DNA of 27,982 bases from a virus (Duplodnaviria > Heunggongvirae > Uroviricota > Caudoviricetes): IMG/VR virus record IMGVR_UViG_2850808358_000003; one strand, 5' to 3'. Under the pieces are notes generated by a model. The model had not been told where the DNA came from. It did not search any database and saw only the letters and a list, made by a program, of their open reading frames with translations. Below are positions 1 to 7,211 of the stretch, in pieces. The stretch's first letter is position 1; each line of letters starts with the position of its first letter. The position numbers were made by a program, and so were the translations under genes.

Positions 1-288
1 ATGTCAACCGGATTACGTTTCACACTGGAAGTGGACGGCCTGCCACCGGATGCTTTTGCGGTGGTTTCCTTTCATCTCACCCAGTCACTCTCTTCACTTT
101 TTTCCCTCGACCTTTCTCTGGTCAGTCAGCAGTTTCTTTCCCTTGAATTTGCGCAGGTGCTGGACAAAATGGCCTACCTGACGGTATGGCAGGGCGATGA
201 CGTACAGCGGCGGGTGAAAGGTGTGGTGACCTGGTTTGAACTGGGGGAGAACGACAAAAACCAGATACTGTACAGCATGATGAGGTGT
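1..288 (+). pseudogene. vgrG: vgrG-like (T6SS spike / Rhs-associated Vgr) N-terminal fragment, 3' end removed by IS insertion
   Basis: ORF 1..327 translation MSTGLRFTLEVDGLPPDAFAVVSF... matches recalled VgrG N-termini up to ...NQILYSM; the last ~13 codons lie inside the IS inverted repeat starting at 289. Confidence 0.55.
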
Positions 289-323
289 ACTGGCAATAGC
301 GGACACTACCATTTGTTCTTTTT

Positions 324-1142
324 TTAAGCAGCCATCTGATGATATTTTTCCCTGAAGGCTGCCGGGGAGATATTCCCCAGACGAGAGTGACGACGCTGAC
401 GATTGTAGAAAATCTCAATGTATTCCCGTATTACTGAGATGGCTTCATCCCGGTTATTAAAACGATAGTGGCTCAGGCTCTCATTTTTCAGCGTTCCCCA
501 GAAGCTTTCCATCGGAGCGTTGTCGTAACAGTTACCTTTACGCGACATTGATGTTTTCAGACCAAACTGCTCCTGTATGACCCGGTAATCGTATGCGCAG
601 TACTGTGAACCTCGATCAGAGTGGTGGATTAGCCCGGCAGGTGGGCGCTGGCTCCTGAGCGCCATAAACAGGGCTTTACCTGTCAGCTCTTTTGTCATGC
701 GCTCTCCCATGGCGTAGCCGACAATTTCGCACGTATAAACATCTTTGATGCCAGCGAGGTACAACCATCCCTCCTGTGTGGCAACATACGTCAGGTCCGC
801 CACCCAGACCTGATTTGGTGCTGTAGGAGCGAACGTCTGGTTCAGCAGATTTGGCGCAACTGGCAGATTGTGGTTCGGGTTCGTAGTCGCTCTGAACTTG
901 CGTTTCTGCTTACAGCGTAGCCTTAGCTCCTTACGAAGACGTGCCAGTCGGTCACGACCAACGATGATGCCATTCTCTGCCAGCTCCGTCTGGAGCCGCC
1001 GGGTTCCATATGTTTCGCGAGTGCGGATATGTGCCACCTTAATCTCCAGTTTTAGCCGCTCATCACTTTGTTTTCTGTCTGAGGGTTCATGCTGTACCCG
1101 GTTGTAATAACCGCTCCTGGATACACCAAATACCTGACACAT
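324..1142 (-). CDS. IS3-family transposase OrfB (DDE integrase domain); normally made as OrfAB transframe fusion
   Basis: 272-aa ORF with ...HHSDRGSQY...CYDNAPMESFW... DDE-type motifs; the -1 frame from the OrfA A-run reads into this frame. Confidence 0.9.
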   Translation of the reverse strand: MCQVFGVSRSGYYNRVQHEPSDRKQSDERLKLEIKVAHIRTRETYGTRRLQTELAENGIIVGRDRLARLRKELRLRCKQKRKFRATTNPNHNLPVAPNLLNQTFAPTAPNQVWVADLTYVATQEGWLYLAGIKDVYTCEIVGYAMGERMTKELTGKALFMALRSQRPPAGLIHHSDRGSQYCAYDYRVIQEQFGLKTSMSRKGNCYDNAPMESFWGTLKNESLSHYRFNNRDEAISVIREYIEIFYNRQRRHSRLGNISPAAFREKYHQMAA

Positions 1143-1177
1143 CGCTTCAATGGGAAATTGTTGTCGCCATTGTTCGA

Positions 1178-1480
1178 TTAACGCGTATTTTTCAGCGACT
1201 CCTGTGCAAAATACGCTGTTGCTTTTTTTAATATATCTCGCTCAAGGCGAGCTTCATTTAACGCCTTACGCAGTTGCAGAATTTCAGATTCCAGTTCAGC
1301 CACCGTGCGGGAACCAGGAGTACCGAGCCCTTTTCTGGCGGCGGTAACCCATTGTCCTAAAGTGCCTTCAGGAAGGGATAATCGGGAAGCGCCTTCACTG
1401 ATCGAAAGTTGATTTTCAAGAACCGTTCTGACAGCTTCGGCTTTGAACTCTTTAGAGTAACGTTGGGTTTTTCTGCTCAT
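1178..1480 (-). CDS. IS3-family transposase OrfA (HTH), 100 aa
   Basis: Translation MSRKTQRYSKEFKAEAVRTV... as recalled for IS600 OrfA; A7G slippery run at 1222..1229 (T7 on plus strand) typical of IS3-family -1 frameshifting. Confidence 0.9.
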   Translation of the reverse strand: MSRKTQRYSKEFKAEAVRTVLENQLSISEGASRLSLPEGTLGQWVTAARKGLGTPGSRTVAELESEILQLRKALNEARLERDILKKATAYFAQESLKNTR

Positions 1481-1545
1481 TATTAGCTCCTTCTGATGCC
1501 ATTCTATTTCAGGAAGGAGTGTCCGTTAAACTCAGGCTACCTCAT

Positions 1546-1899
1546 CTACCCCAGATGAGTAATCCGAAGTTCATCCATACCACAGGTCCTGGCTATTCTG
1601 TTGTACTCCTGAACAAGAGCAAATAATTCTGAATTAGCAACCATGAACTCATCGCAAACCCTCTGTATAGCATCACTATTCAGAATAATAACGTCTCTTC
1701 CCGAAAGACGATCAGGAGTACAGAACAAAACTGTCAAACGGCTGAAGGCCTTTGCTCGTGCTGCATTGACTATATCAATACGCTGCCTAAGGATGAAACA
1801 CCCCGACGCCTCATCAATATTCACTCTACCCGCACCATATGAATGATAAATATTTAATGCTGAAAAAACCATTAGACCGTATAACAAATACTCAATCAA
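1546..1899 (-). CDS. hypothetical protein, 117 aa, AT-rich moron-position ORF downstream of phage tRNAs
   Basis: Intact ORF in AT-rich DNA where random ORFs are rare; co-directional with Q and tRNAs; stop codon 2 nt from IS end; no family recognised. Confidence 0.4.
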   Translation of the reverse strand: MIEYLLYGLMVFSALNIYHSYGAGRVNIDEASGCFILRQRIDIVNAARAKAFSRLTVLFCTPDRLSGRDVIILNSDAIQRVCDEFMVANSELFALVQEYNRIARTCGMDELRITHLG

Positions 1900-2009
1900 T
1901 ACTTAACAGAACTTTTATTTTTGACAAACATATAATATTTTCAACAATATCCTGAGCCAAGTATATTTCAGTATAAGGCTCTGCCGGAAGGAATCTGGAA
2001 GAATGAATA

Positions 2010-2086
2010 TGGCGCGCTGTACTGGATTCGAACCAGTGACCGATTGCTTAGAAGGCAATTGCTCTGTCCGGCTGAGCTAACAACGC
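2010..2086 (-). tRNA. tRNA-Arg (anticodon UCU), phage-borne
   Basis: Minus-strand 77 nt GCGTTGTTAGCTCAGCCGGACAGAGCAATTGCCTTCTAAGCAATCGGTCACTGGTTCGAATCCAGTACAGCGCGCCA; cloverleaf with 7-bp acceptor, GGTTCGAATCC T-loop, anticodon loop CTTCTAA, encoded CCA. Confidence 0.85.
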
Positions 2087-2186
2087 TGAATACCGATAAT
2101 GGACCGCCATCGGGGACCCGCCCCCGCACCAACAACCCTGTTATCGTGTCGTCTGCTCTTCCTGATAAGCTAATGCCGGTTTGTGA

Positions 2187-2262
2187 TGGTGGCCCTTGCT
2201 GGATTTGAACCAGCGACCTGGCGATTATGAGTCGCTCGCTCTCACCACTGAGCTAAAGGGCC
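2187..2262 (-). tRNA. tRNA with anticodon CAU, tRNA-Ile2 (lysidine)-like, alternatively elongator Met
   Basis: Minus-strand 76 nt GGCCCTTTAGCTCAGTGGTGAGAGCGAGCGACTCATAATCGCCAGGTCGCTGGTTCAAATCCAGCAAGGGCCACCA; close to recalled E. coli ileX; anticodon loop CTCATAA. Confidence 0.8.
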
Positions 2263-2288
2263 GGGAGCAGAATAATAACGGTCCGTAA

Positions 2289-2313
2289 TTAATTTCGCAA
2301 TAAAAAATCCGCT
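2289..2313 (-). terminator. short GC hairpin plus U-tract (tR'-like) downstream of late promoter
   Basis: Minus strand CCCGCCGCTGAGCGGATTTTTTATT; short stem CCGC/GCGG then T6. Confidence 0.35.
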
Positions 2314-2362
2314 CAGCGGCGGGTTGTAGAAACTCTTCTAACGTCAGGCATAAAACGCCCAT

Positions 2363-2390
2363 CGTTATGACGAATTTACCACAGATTCCG
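2363..2390 (-). promoter_or_regulatory. candidate late promoter (pR'-like) immediately downstream of Q-like gene
   Basis: Minus strand TTGATT (2385..2390) - 16 nt - TAAATT (2363..2368); position matches pR' in lambdoid phages. Confidence 0.35.
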
Positions 2391-2416
2391 GAAAAATCAA
2401 CCTTGTTACCTTGTTA
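2391..2416. repeat. three tandem 8-bp direct repeats TTGTTACC / TTGTTACC / TAGTTACC overlapping the Q-like stop codon
   Basis: Plus strand ccTTGTTACCTTGTTACCTAGTTACC directly read. Confidence 0.5.
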
Positions 2417-3235
2417 CCTAGTTACCTTTTTTAACTGCCGCTCAGCCCATGCTTCTTCAATATCAAACCGGGTCACCAGCGCATCATAAAATTTCTTAAC
2501 TGTTTTTTCCCATGACGCGCGTGTTATCTGGTTTGTCACCTCGCATATAGCATTAAATGCCTCCGTTGATGGTAGTCTTTCATAGCCACGACCACCACAA
2601 CGCTGGCAGTCTCTGATAACAGGCATACCACGTTTTACCGACTCTTCACGATGAATGGCGACACCACGCCCACGGCAATCCTTACAGGCGGTGGAAACCT
2701 CACCCTTTCCGCCACACTCCGGACAGGCAACTTTTACCACCTCCCTGACTTTTTTCCATTCTTCCCAGTAAGACGGATACACACCTTTCGTACACTTTGC
2801 CCATACCGGCGGCTTACCATCCGGATACTGGACCTTGTTTGTAAAAACTATGCTTTCAATAAATTTTTCCCCATAGCAACAAGGGCACTGCTTTTTACTC
2901 GCTGCGCTGCGGGCATAATCCTCAAAAGCGTACGAAGCCATAATGCGCATCACTACCGGTTTTATTTCTGCCGGAAGTTTTCTCAACGCCGCCACACGAT
3001 CGCACCGACTGAGTGCATAATCTGCCAGTAATTCTGTTGCCCGCGCCCTGTCATTCATACTGATGCCCATTTTCCCCAGGAACGCAGAAAAACCCATCTC
3101 AGCCCGATTCTGTGTCATGCCCTGCGCGGCCATCACATCAGTGATACTCAGCGCATCTTTTGACGTTGAGGCCGATGCATCGGTCAGGCCAGGGGATTTT
3201 GGGGAGTAGTATTTCGGTAAATCTTCCAGTTTCAT
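2414..3235 (-). CDS. Q-like late antiterminator candidate with four CxxCxGxG zinc-finger repeats (273-aa ORF; true start may be downstream)
   Basis: Position between rusA and the pR'-like promoter/tRNAs; CPCCYGEK, CPECGGKG, CKDCRGRG, CQRCGGRG motifs; family assignment by position, not verified. Confidence 0.5.
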   Translation of the reverse strand: MKLEDLPKYYSPKSPGLTDASASTSKDALSITDVMAAQGMTQNRAEMGFSAFLGKMGISMNDRARATELLADYALSRCDRVAALRKLPAEIKPVVMRIMASYAFEDYARSAASKKQCPCCYGEKFIESIVFTNKVQYPDGKPPVWAKCTKGVYPSYWEEWKKVREVVKVACPECGGKGEVSTACKDCRGRGVAIHREESVKRGMPVIRDCQRCGGRGYERLPSTEAFNAICEVTNQITRASWEKTVKKFYDALVTRFDIEEAWAERQLKKVTR

Positions 3236-3249
3236 TTTTTGACCTGCTC

Positions 3250-3607
3250 TTAATGCATTATGGGGTAAATCTTCACCCCCAGACGTCCACCAGATACTGG
3301 CTGACCACGAACGATATTGATTTCATCAAACTGCTCATCGTCCATTAACACTCCCGCATGCGTCAGCGCATCCAGCGGTGCTTTCAGGATATTGTCGCAG
3401 GTCGCGACGACGCTTATCCGGTGGCTCTGCAATCACCTTTATCGCCAGCCTTCCGGACAGGCTTAATTTCAGCCGCTGCTGGCGAACAATAAGCGCCACA
3501 GCCCGGCGATAACGCTTTCCCTCCTCCGAGATAAAATATGTGCTGCCACGGCGTCGCCAGTAAGTGTTCACCGTCGGCGGGTAAGGTAAAACCAAATCTA
3601 TGAGCAT
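3250..3607 (-). pseudogene. rusA: rusA Holliday-junction resolvase, frameshifted
   Basis: ORF 3335..3607 carries the RusA N-terminal part (...PPDKRRRDL) and ORF 3250..3432 the C-terminal part (DNILKAPLDALTHAGVLMDDEQF...) in another frame; extra C near 3396..3400. Confidence 0.75.
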
Positions 3608-3619
3608 CAGTCACCTCTT

Positions 3620-4669
3620 TTACCCAAGCACGCCAGTTGCAAAGGCGTGATCAAGAAAACGAAAAATTAAATCAACCTGAGAACCATGCTTTTCTTCGAA
3701 CGCCAGAGGATCCGCATGAAGCTCGTTGTGATGCTCCCGACACAGCGGTAGCGTGAAAATATCGTGAGATTTTGTCCCCATTCCGCCCTGACCATGACCA
3801 ATCAGGTGATGGGGATCGTCGGCTGGCTTACCACAACACGCACACGGCTGTGTCTTCACCCAGCGTTTGTATTTCTCGTTAACCCAGCGGCGACGTTTAG
3901 GTCGTTTCATGAAAGATTCCGGAGACTCAGGATCAACGGCAATGCTGACCACCGTCTTTTCCTGTGGTGGGTTCTGTTGCTGGTGGGCGTGAGGCAGCGG
4001 CGCAAGATTTTTTGTGCGCTGTTTCAGTATGCTGGTGGCGGTCTGCTCTCCCGGTACGATGTCGCTTTCACGGTACATTGAGCGGATTTTTTCCGCACGC
4101 AACCCCAGCGAACGACGTAATACCGCTTCCGGTAGCGCGTCCGCCACCTGATTGCGGACCGCCCACCAGGATAATTCAGCCAGAGATAGTTCACGCTCCT
4201 GCGTACCGCTTATTGCGTGACCGATGACGTCAATCATCCATGCTGACAGGTTTTGATGAGCAAGTTGCTCGAGTGATTCGGATGTCTGGTCACGCAGCTG
4301 GTTGTCGCAGTGCCAGCACAACACCATTGCGCCGGTACCATAACGGTGAATGACGGTTTCGCTGTGATGATAATCGCCGTGTGGCCACTGGCAGGATTTA
4401 ATATGGCGCAACAGCCAGTCAGACAATGCACCAGCACCACCAGCAGCACGAATCACCCGTGCGTTACTGAAAAACGGCAGCAATGTTTTGTCTTCCACCA
4501 GCGGCTGGCGAGCGGCAGGAACGACCCCGGACGGCAGATTACGCATGCTTTTCGGTTCCGGCTCCACCAGTAACCGGGTATTGTGGAATACCGGCATGGA
4601 TTCACGACCGGGCTTAAGGACCACCAGCCCGAGTTCCGGAACCAGAACAGGTCGAAGTAATACCCGCAC
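3620..4669 (-). CDS. ydfU: DUF968-family prophage protein (YdfU-like) with C-terminal HNH-like Cys/His motif
   Basis: 349-aa ORF; C-terminus CACCGKPADDPHHLIGHG...LCREHHNELH; GTG start as predicted; frame remains open ~75 nt upstream. Confidence 0.6.
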   Translation of the reverse strand: MRVLLRPVLVPELGLVVLKPGRESMPVFHNTRLLVEPEPKSMRNLPSGVVPAARQPLVEDKTLLPFFSNARVIRAAGGAGALSDWLLRHIKSCQWPHGDYHHSETVIHRYGTGAMVLCWHCDNQLRDQTSESLEQLAHQNLSAWMIDVIGHAISGTQERELSLAELSWWAVRNQVADALPEAVLRRSLGLRAEKIRSMYRESDIVPGEQTATSILKQRTKNLAPLPHAHQQQNPPQEKTVVSIAVDPESPESFMKRPKRRRWVNEKYKRWVKTQPCACCGKPADDPHHLIGHGQGGMGTKSHDIFTLPLCREHHNELHADPLAFEEKHGSQVDLIFRFLDHAFATGVLG

Positions 4670-4670
4670 G

Positions 4671-4949
4671 TTACCTCCAGATCCGTTGCTGGAATGTGCG
4701 GGACGGACGCGGTGGCTGTTCGGAGTAAGGGAGCCTGACGGAGATTATCCAGTGACGGTAGTCGAGGCTAAGGGCTTTTTTAACCTCGCATCCGCGCCTG
4801 CGGTAACACTGAATGAGCCATTCGGCCTGTTCTTCAGTGCATGAGGGATGCTGGTACCAGTCTGACTTAAATGCGTGAGAATACCGCTCGTGCGTGTGGG
4901 CAAGAACGGTCGAATTATCATGATTGTAATATTTTGCGTTGCGTGCCAT
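4671..4949 (-). CDS. hypothetical protein, 92 aa, immediately upstream of ydfU-like gene
   Basis: ORF MARNAKYYNHDNSTVLAHTHERYSH...; may be the 5' part of a frameshifted longer DUF968 gene. Confidence 0.35.
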   Translation of the reverse strand: MARNAKYYNHDNSTVLAHTHERYSHAFKSDWYQHPSCTEEQAEWLIQCYRRRGCEVKKALSLDYRHWIISVRLPYSEQPPRPSRTFQQRIWR

Positions 4950-5015
4950 CGGTTTTCTCCGGTGGCACGGTGTTACTCAGCGGGAGTTCAGCCCCGCGCA
5001 AGATTGTAGATGAGT

Positions 5016-5267
5016 TTATTCTTCTGAAAAAGCAGAAAAGCCAGCTTTTATTCCGATCTCTTTCAATGCCTGTAATGAAGTGACAAACTCACCGTCGCGC
5101 AAGATAAATCCGTCCGTCACTCGGGCATCCACAAAATTAATTAACGCAGCCCCATTTTTTTGCAAACACACAATGCGGTAATGACTAACAATATTTCCAT
5201 TTTCAACGCACACAGCATAGAGGCCATCTTCACAAAAAATTTTACGCAGTTCTTCGATGTTCATCAT
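5016..5267 (-). CDS. rem: Rem-like small prophage protein, 83 aa
   Basis: Translation MMNIEELRKIFCEDGLYAVCVENG... as recalled for K-12 Qin rem; position between hokD and ydfU as in Qin. Confidence 0.7.
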   Translation of the reverse strand: MMNIEELRKIFCEDGLYAVCVENGNIVSHYRIVCLQKNGAALINFVDARVTDGFILRDGEFVTSLQALKEIGIKAGFSAFSEE

Positions 5268-5389
5268 CAGAATCCTTCCAGATAAATAGCACTCCCCTGT
5301 TCGGGGTCCATCCCTCTTATCCCTGCGCGCTACTTAAGTATTTTTGATTCTATTCCGGCACCATCCAGAACTTCAAATGCGTTGAAAAT

Positions 5390-5414
5390 AAAAACAAAAA
5401 CCCGCCGAAGCGGG
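5390..5414 (-). terminator. intrinsic terminator after relB-relE-hokD operon
   Basis: Minus strand CCCGCTTCGGCGGG hairpin (UUCG loop) followed by TTTTTGTTTTT. Confidence 0.6.
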
Positions 5415-5484
5415 TTAAGTGCGGGTGCGTTGAGGATGCCTGCCACATCAGAGGTGGCGAGGGATTTCTCACTCGCCGGGTCTC

Positions 5485-5640
5485 TTACTCCTCAGGTTCG
5501 TAAGCTGTGAAGACAGCGACCTCCGTCTGGCCGGTTCGGATTCGTACCTCGCAGAGGTCTTTCCTCGTTACCAGTGCCGTCACTATGACGGTTAAACAGA
5601 TGACGATCAGGGCGATTAACATCGCCTTTTGCTGCTTCAT
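5485..5640 (-). CDS. hokD: HokD/RelF type I toxin, 51 aa (not in ORF track, below length cutoff)
   Basis: Manual translation of minus strand: MKQQKAMLIALIVICLTVIVTALVTRKDLCEVRIRTGQTEVAVFTAYEPEE*. Confidence 0.85.
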   Translation of the reverse strand: MKQQKAMLIALIVICLTVIVTALVTRKDLCEVRIRTGQTEVAVFTAYEPEE

Positions 5641-5711
5641 AGCCTGCTTCTCCTGTCAACGCAAAGCAGAAGTGTCACCTTCGGTGCGAAACAGAGATGT
5701 CATGCTTTGGT

Positions 5712-5999
5712 TCAGAGAATGCGTTTGACCGCCTCGCTATATACTTCCGAGCGTTCTCTTTTCCCAACAGAAATCACGAAAACGACAACTTTCTCGTCTA
5801 TAACCTGGTATACAAGGCGATAGCCTGAAGACCGGAGCTTAATCTTGTAACAATCAGGCATACCACGGAGCTTGTTTGCTTCAATCCGGGGTGACTCAAG
5901 TACTTCAACCAGCTTCTTTTTCAACTGTTCACGTACCGTCGAGCCCAGCTTTCGCCATTCCTTTAGTGCCCGCTCGTCAAAATCCAGAAAATACGCCAT
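5712..5999 (-). CDS. relE: RelE mRNA-interferase toxin
   Basis: 95-aa translation matches recalled K-12 RelE essentially end to end. Confidence 0.95.
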   Translation of the reverse strand: MAYFLDFDERALKEWRKLGSTVREQLKKKLVEVLESPRIEANKLRGMPDCYKIKLRSSGYRLVYQVIDEKVVVFVISVGKRERSEVYSEAVKRIL

Positions 6000-6238
6000 C
6001 AGAGTTCATCCAGCGTCACACGTACTGGCTTAGGATTACGAAGCCGTTCTTTCACTATCTCCACAAGTTCAGCATCTTCATCACTCAGGAGTGTCTGTTT
6101 GAACGGCAAGCGTTCATTGTCAGCGATATACTCGAGCATGAGACGAAGCGCTTCAGAAGGAGTTACACCCATTTTTTCAAGCGCGGCGTAAGAACGCGCT
6201 TTAAGTTCATCGTCAATACGCAGGTTAATGCTACCCAT
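5999..6238 (-). CDS. relB: RelB antitoxin
   Basis: 79-aa translation MGSINLRIDDELKARSYA... matches recalled RelB; stop overlaps relE start. Confidence 0.95.
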   Translation of the reverse strand: MGSINLRIDDELKARSYAALEKMGVTPSEALRLMLEYIADNERLPFKQTLLSDEDAELVEIVKERLRNPKPVRVTLDEL

Positions 6239-6239
6239 G

Positions 6240-6300
6240 TCTTACACCTCTTGTAATTACAAATGTCATTACAAGTATCGCACTACAACATGCTTAGGGC
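6240..6300 (-). promoter_or_regulatory. relBE promoter/operator region with palindromic TTGTAAT repeats
   Basis: TTGTAATTACAAATGTCATTACAA at 6251..6274, 13 bp upstream of relB start. Confidence 0.5.
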
Positions 6301-6453
6301 AAGTCACGAAGGAAGTCAGAAAGTAGTCGTAAGAACGGTGATCACTGTCCGCTTTGTGCCAGGAGCAGCCATTGCTAAGTCCATCCTGTTGAGGTAGCCT
6401 GAGTTTAACGGACACTCCTTCCTGAAATAGAATGGCATCAGAAGGAGCTAATA

Positions 6454-6756
6454 ATGAGCAGAAAAACCCAACGTTACTCTAAAGAGTTCAAAGCCGAAGC
6501 TGTCAGAACGGTTCCTGAAAATCAACTTTCGATCAGTGAAGGCGCTTCCCGATTATCCCTTCCTGAAGGCACTTTAGGACAATGGGTTACCGCCGCCAGA
6601 AAAGGGCTCGGTACTCCTGGTTCCCGCACGGTGGCTGAACTGGAATCTGAAATTCTGCGACTGCGTAAGGCGTTAAATGAAGCTCGCCTTGAGCGAGATA
6701 TATTAAAAAAAGCAACAGCGTATTTTGCACAGGAGTCGCTGAAAAATACGCGTTAA
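6454..6756 (+). CDS. IS3-family transposase OrfA (copy 2; L28P and Q68R relative to copy 1)
   Basis: Same 100-aa protein as 1178..1480 with two substitutions. Confidence 0.9.
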   Translation: MSRKTQRYSKEFKAEAVRTVPENQLSISEGASRLSLPEGTLGQWVTAARKGLGTPGSRTVAELESEILRLRKALNEARLERDILKKATAYFAQESLKNTR

Positions 6757-6791
6757 TCGAACAATGGCGACAACAATTTCCCATTGAAGCG

Positions 6792-7211
6792 ATGTGTCAG
6801 GTATTTGGTGTATCCAGGAGCGGTTATTACAACCGGGTACAGCATGAACCCTCAGACAGAAAACAAAGTGATGAGCGGCTAAAACTGGAGATTAAGGTGG
6901 CACATATCCGCACTCGCGAAACATATGGAACCCGGCGGCTCCAGACGGAGCTGGCAGAGAATGGCATCATCGTTGGTCGTGACCGACTGGCACGTCTTCG
7001 TAAGGAGCTAAGGCTACGCTGTAAGCAGAAACGCAAGTTCAGAGCGACTACGAACCCGAACCACAATCTGCCAGTTGCGCCAAATCTGCTGAACCAGACG
7101 TTCGCTCCTACAGCACCAAATCAGGTCTGGGTGGCGGACCTGACGTATGTTGCCACACAGGAGGGATGGTTGTACCTCGCTGGCATCAAAGATGTTTATA
7201 CGTGCGAAATT
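6792..7211 (+). pseudogene. IS3-family transposase OrfB, 3'-truncated at codon ~140
   Basis: Identical to copy 1 OrfB through ...GIKDVYTCEI, then diverges at the junction. Confidence 0.85.

Larger units (their letters stand above)
289..1544 (-). mobile_element. IS3-family insertion sequence, IS600-like, complete copy (1256 bp)
   Basis: Imperfect terminal inverted repeats TGAGGTGTACTGGCAATAGCGGACACTACC (289..) and revcomp TGAGGTAGCCTGAGTTTAACGGACACTCC (..1544); OrfA and OrfB in between; shared sequence with second copy defines the 1544 end. Confidence 0.85.
6390..7211 (+). mobile_element. IS600-like copy 2, inverted relative to copy 1, 3'-truncated
   Basis: Starts with the same left end TGAGGTAGCCTGAG...; identity to copy 1 stops after ...cgtgcgaaatt at 7211 where lambda B sequence begins; two SNPs versus copy 1 in orfA. 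Confidence 0.85.

Noticed and set aside
2087-2186. Possible third tRNA in the spacer between the two tRNAs
   Set aside because: No T-loop GGTTCGAATCC-like motif or acceptor-stem complementarity found on either strand.
2391-2416. Short direct repeats considered as a CRISPR-like array
   Set aside because: Only three contiguous 8-bp units with no spacers; far too short, and no cas genes in the window.
2651-3031. 126-aa plus-strand ORF overlapping the Q-like gene
   Set aside because: Opposite strand of a longer ORF with conserved Cys motifs; no start context.
5507-5823. Plus-strand ORFs of 73 and 64 aa overlapping hokD/relE
   Set aside because: The minus strand here encodes HokD and RelE with near-exact matches; the plus-strand ORFs are antisense artefacts.
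7166-7211. First 15 codons of ORF 7166..8494
   Set aside because: IS-derived sequence read in the portal frame; portal homology begins only at 7212.
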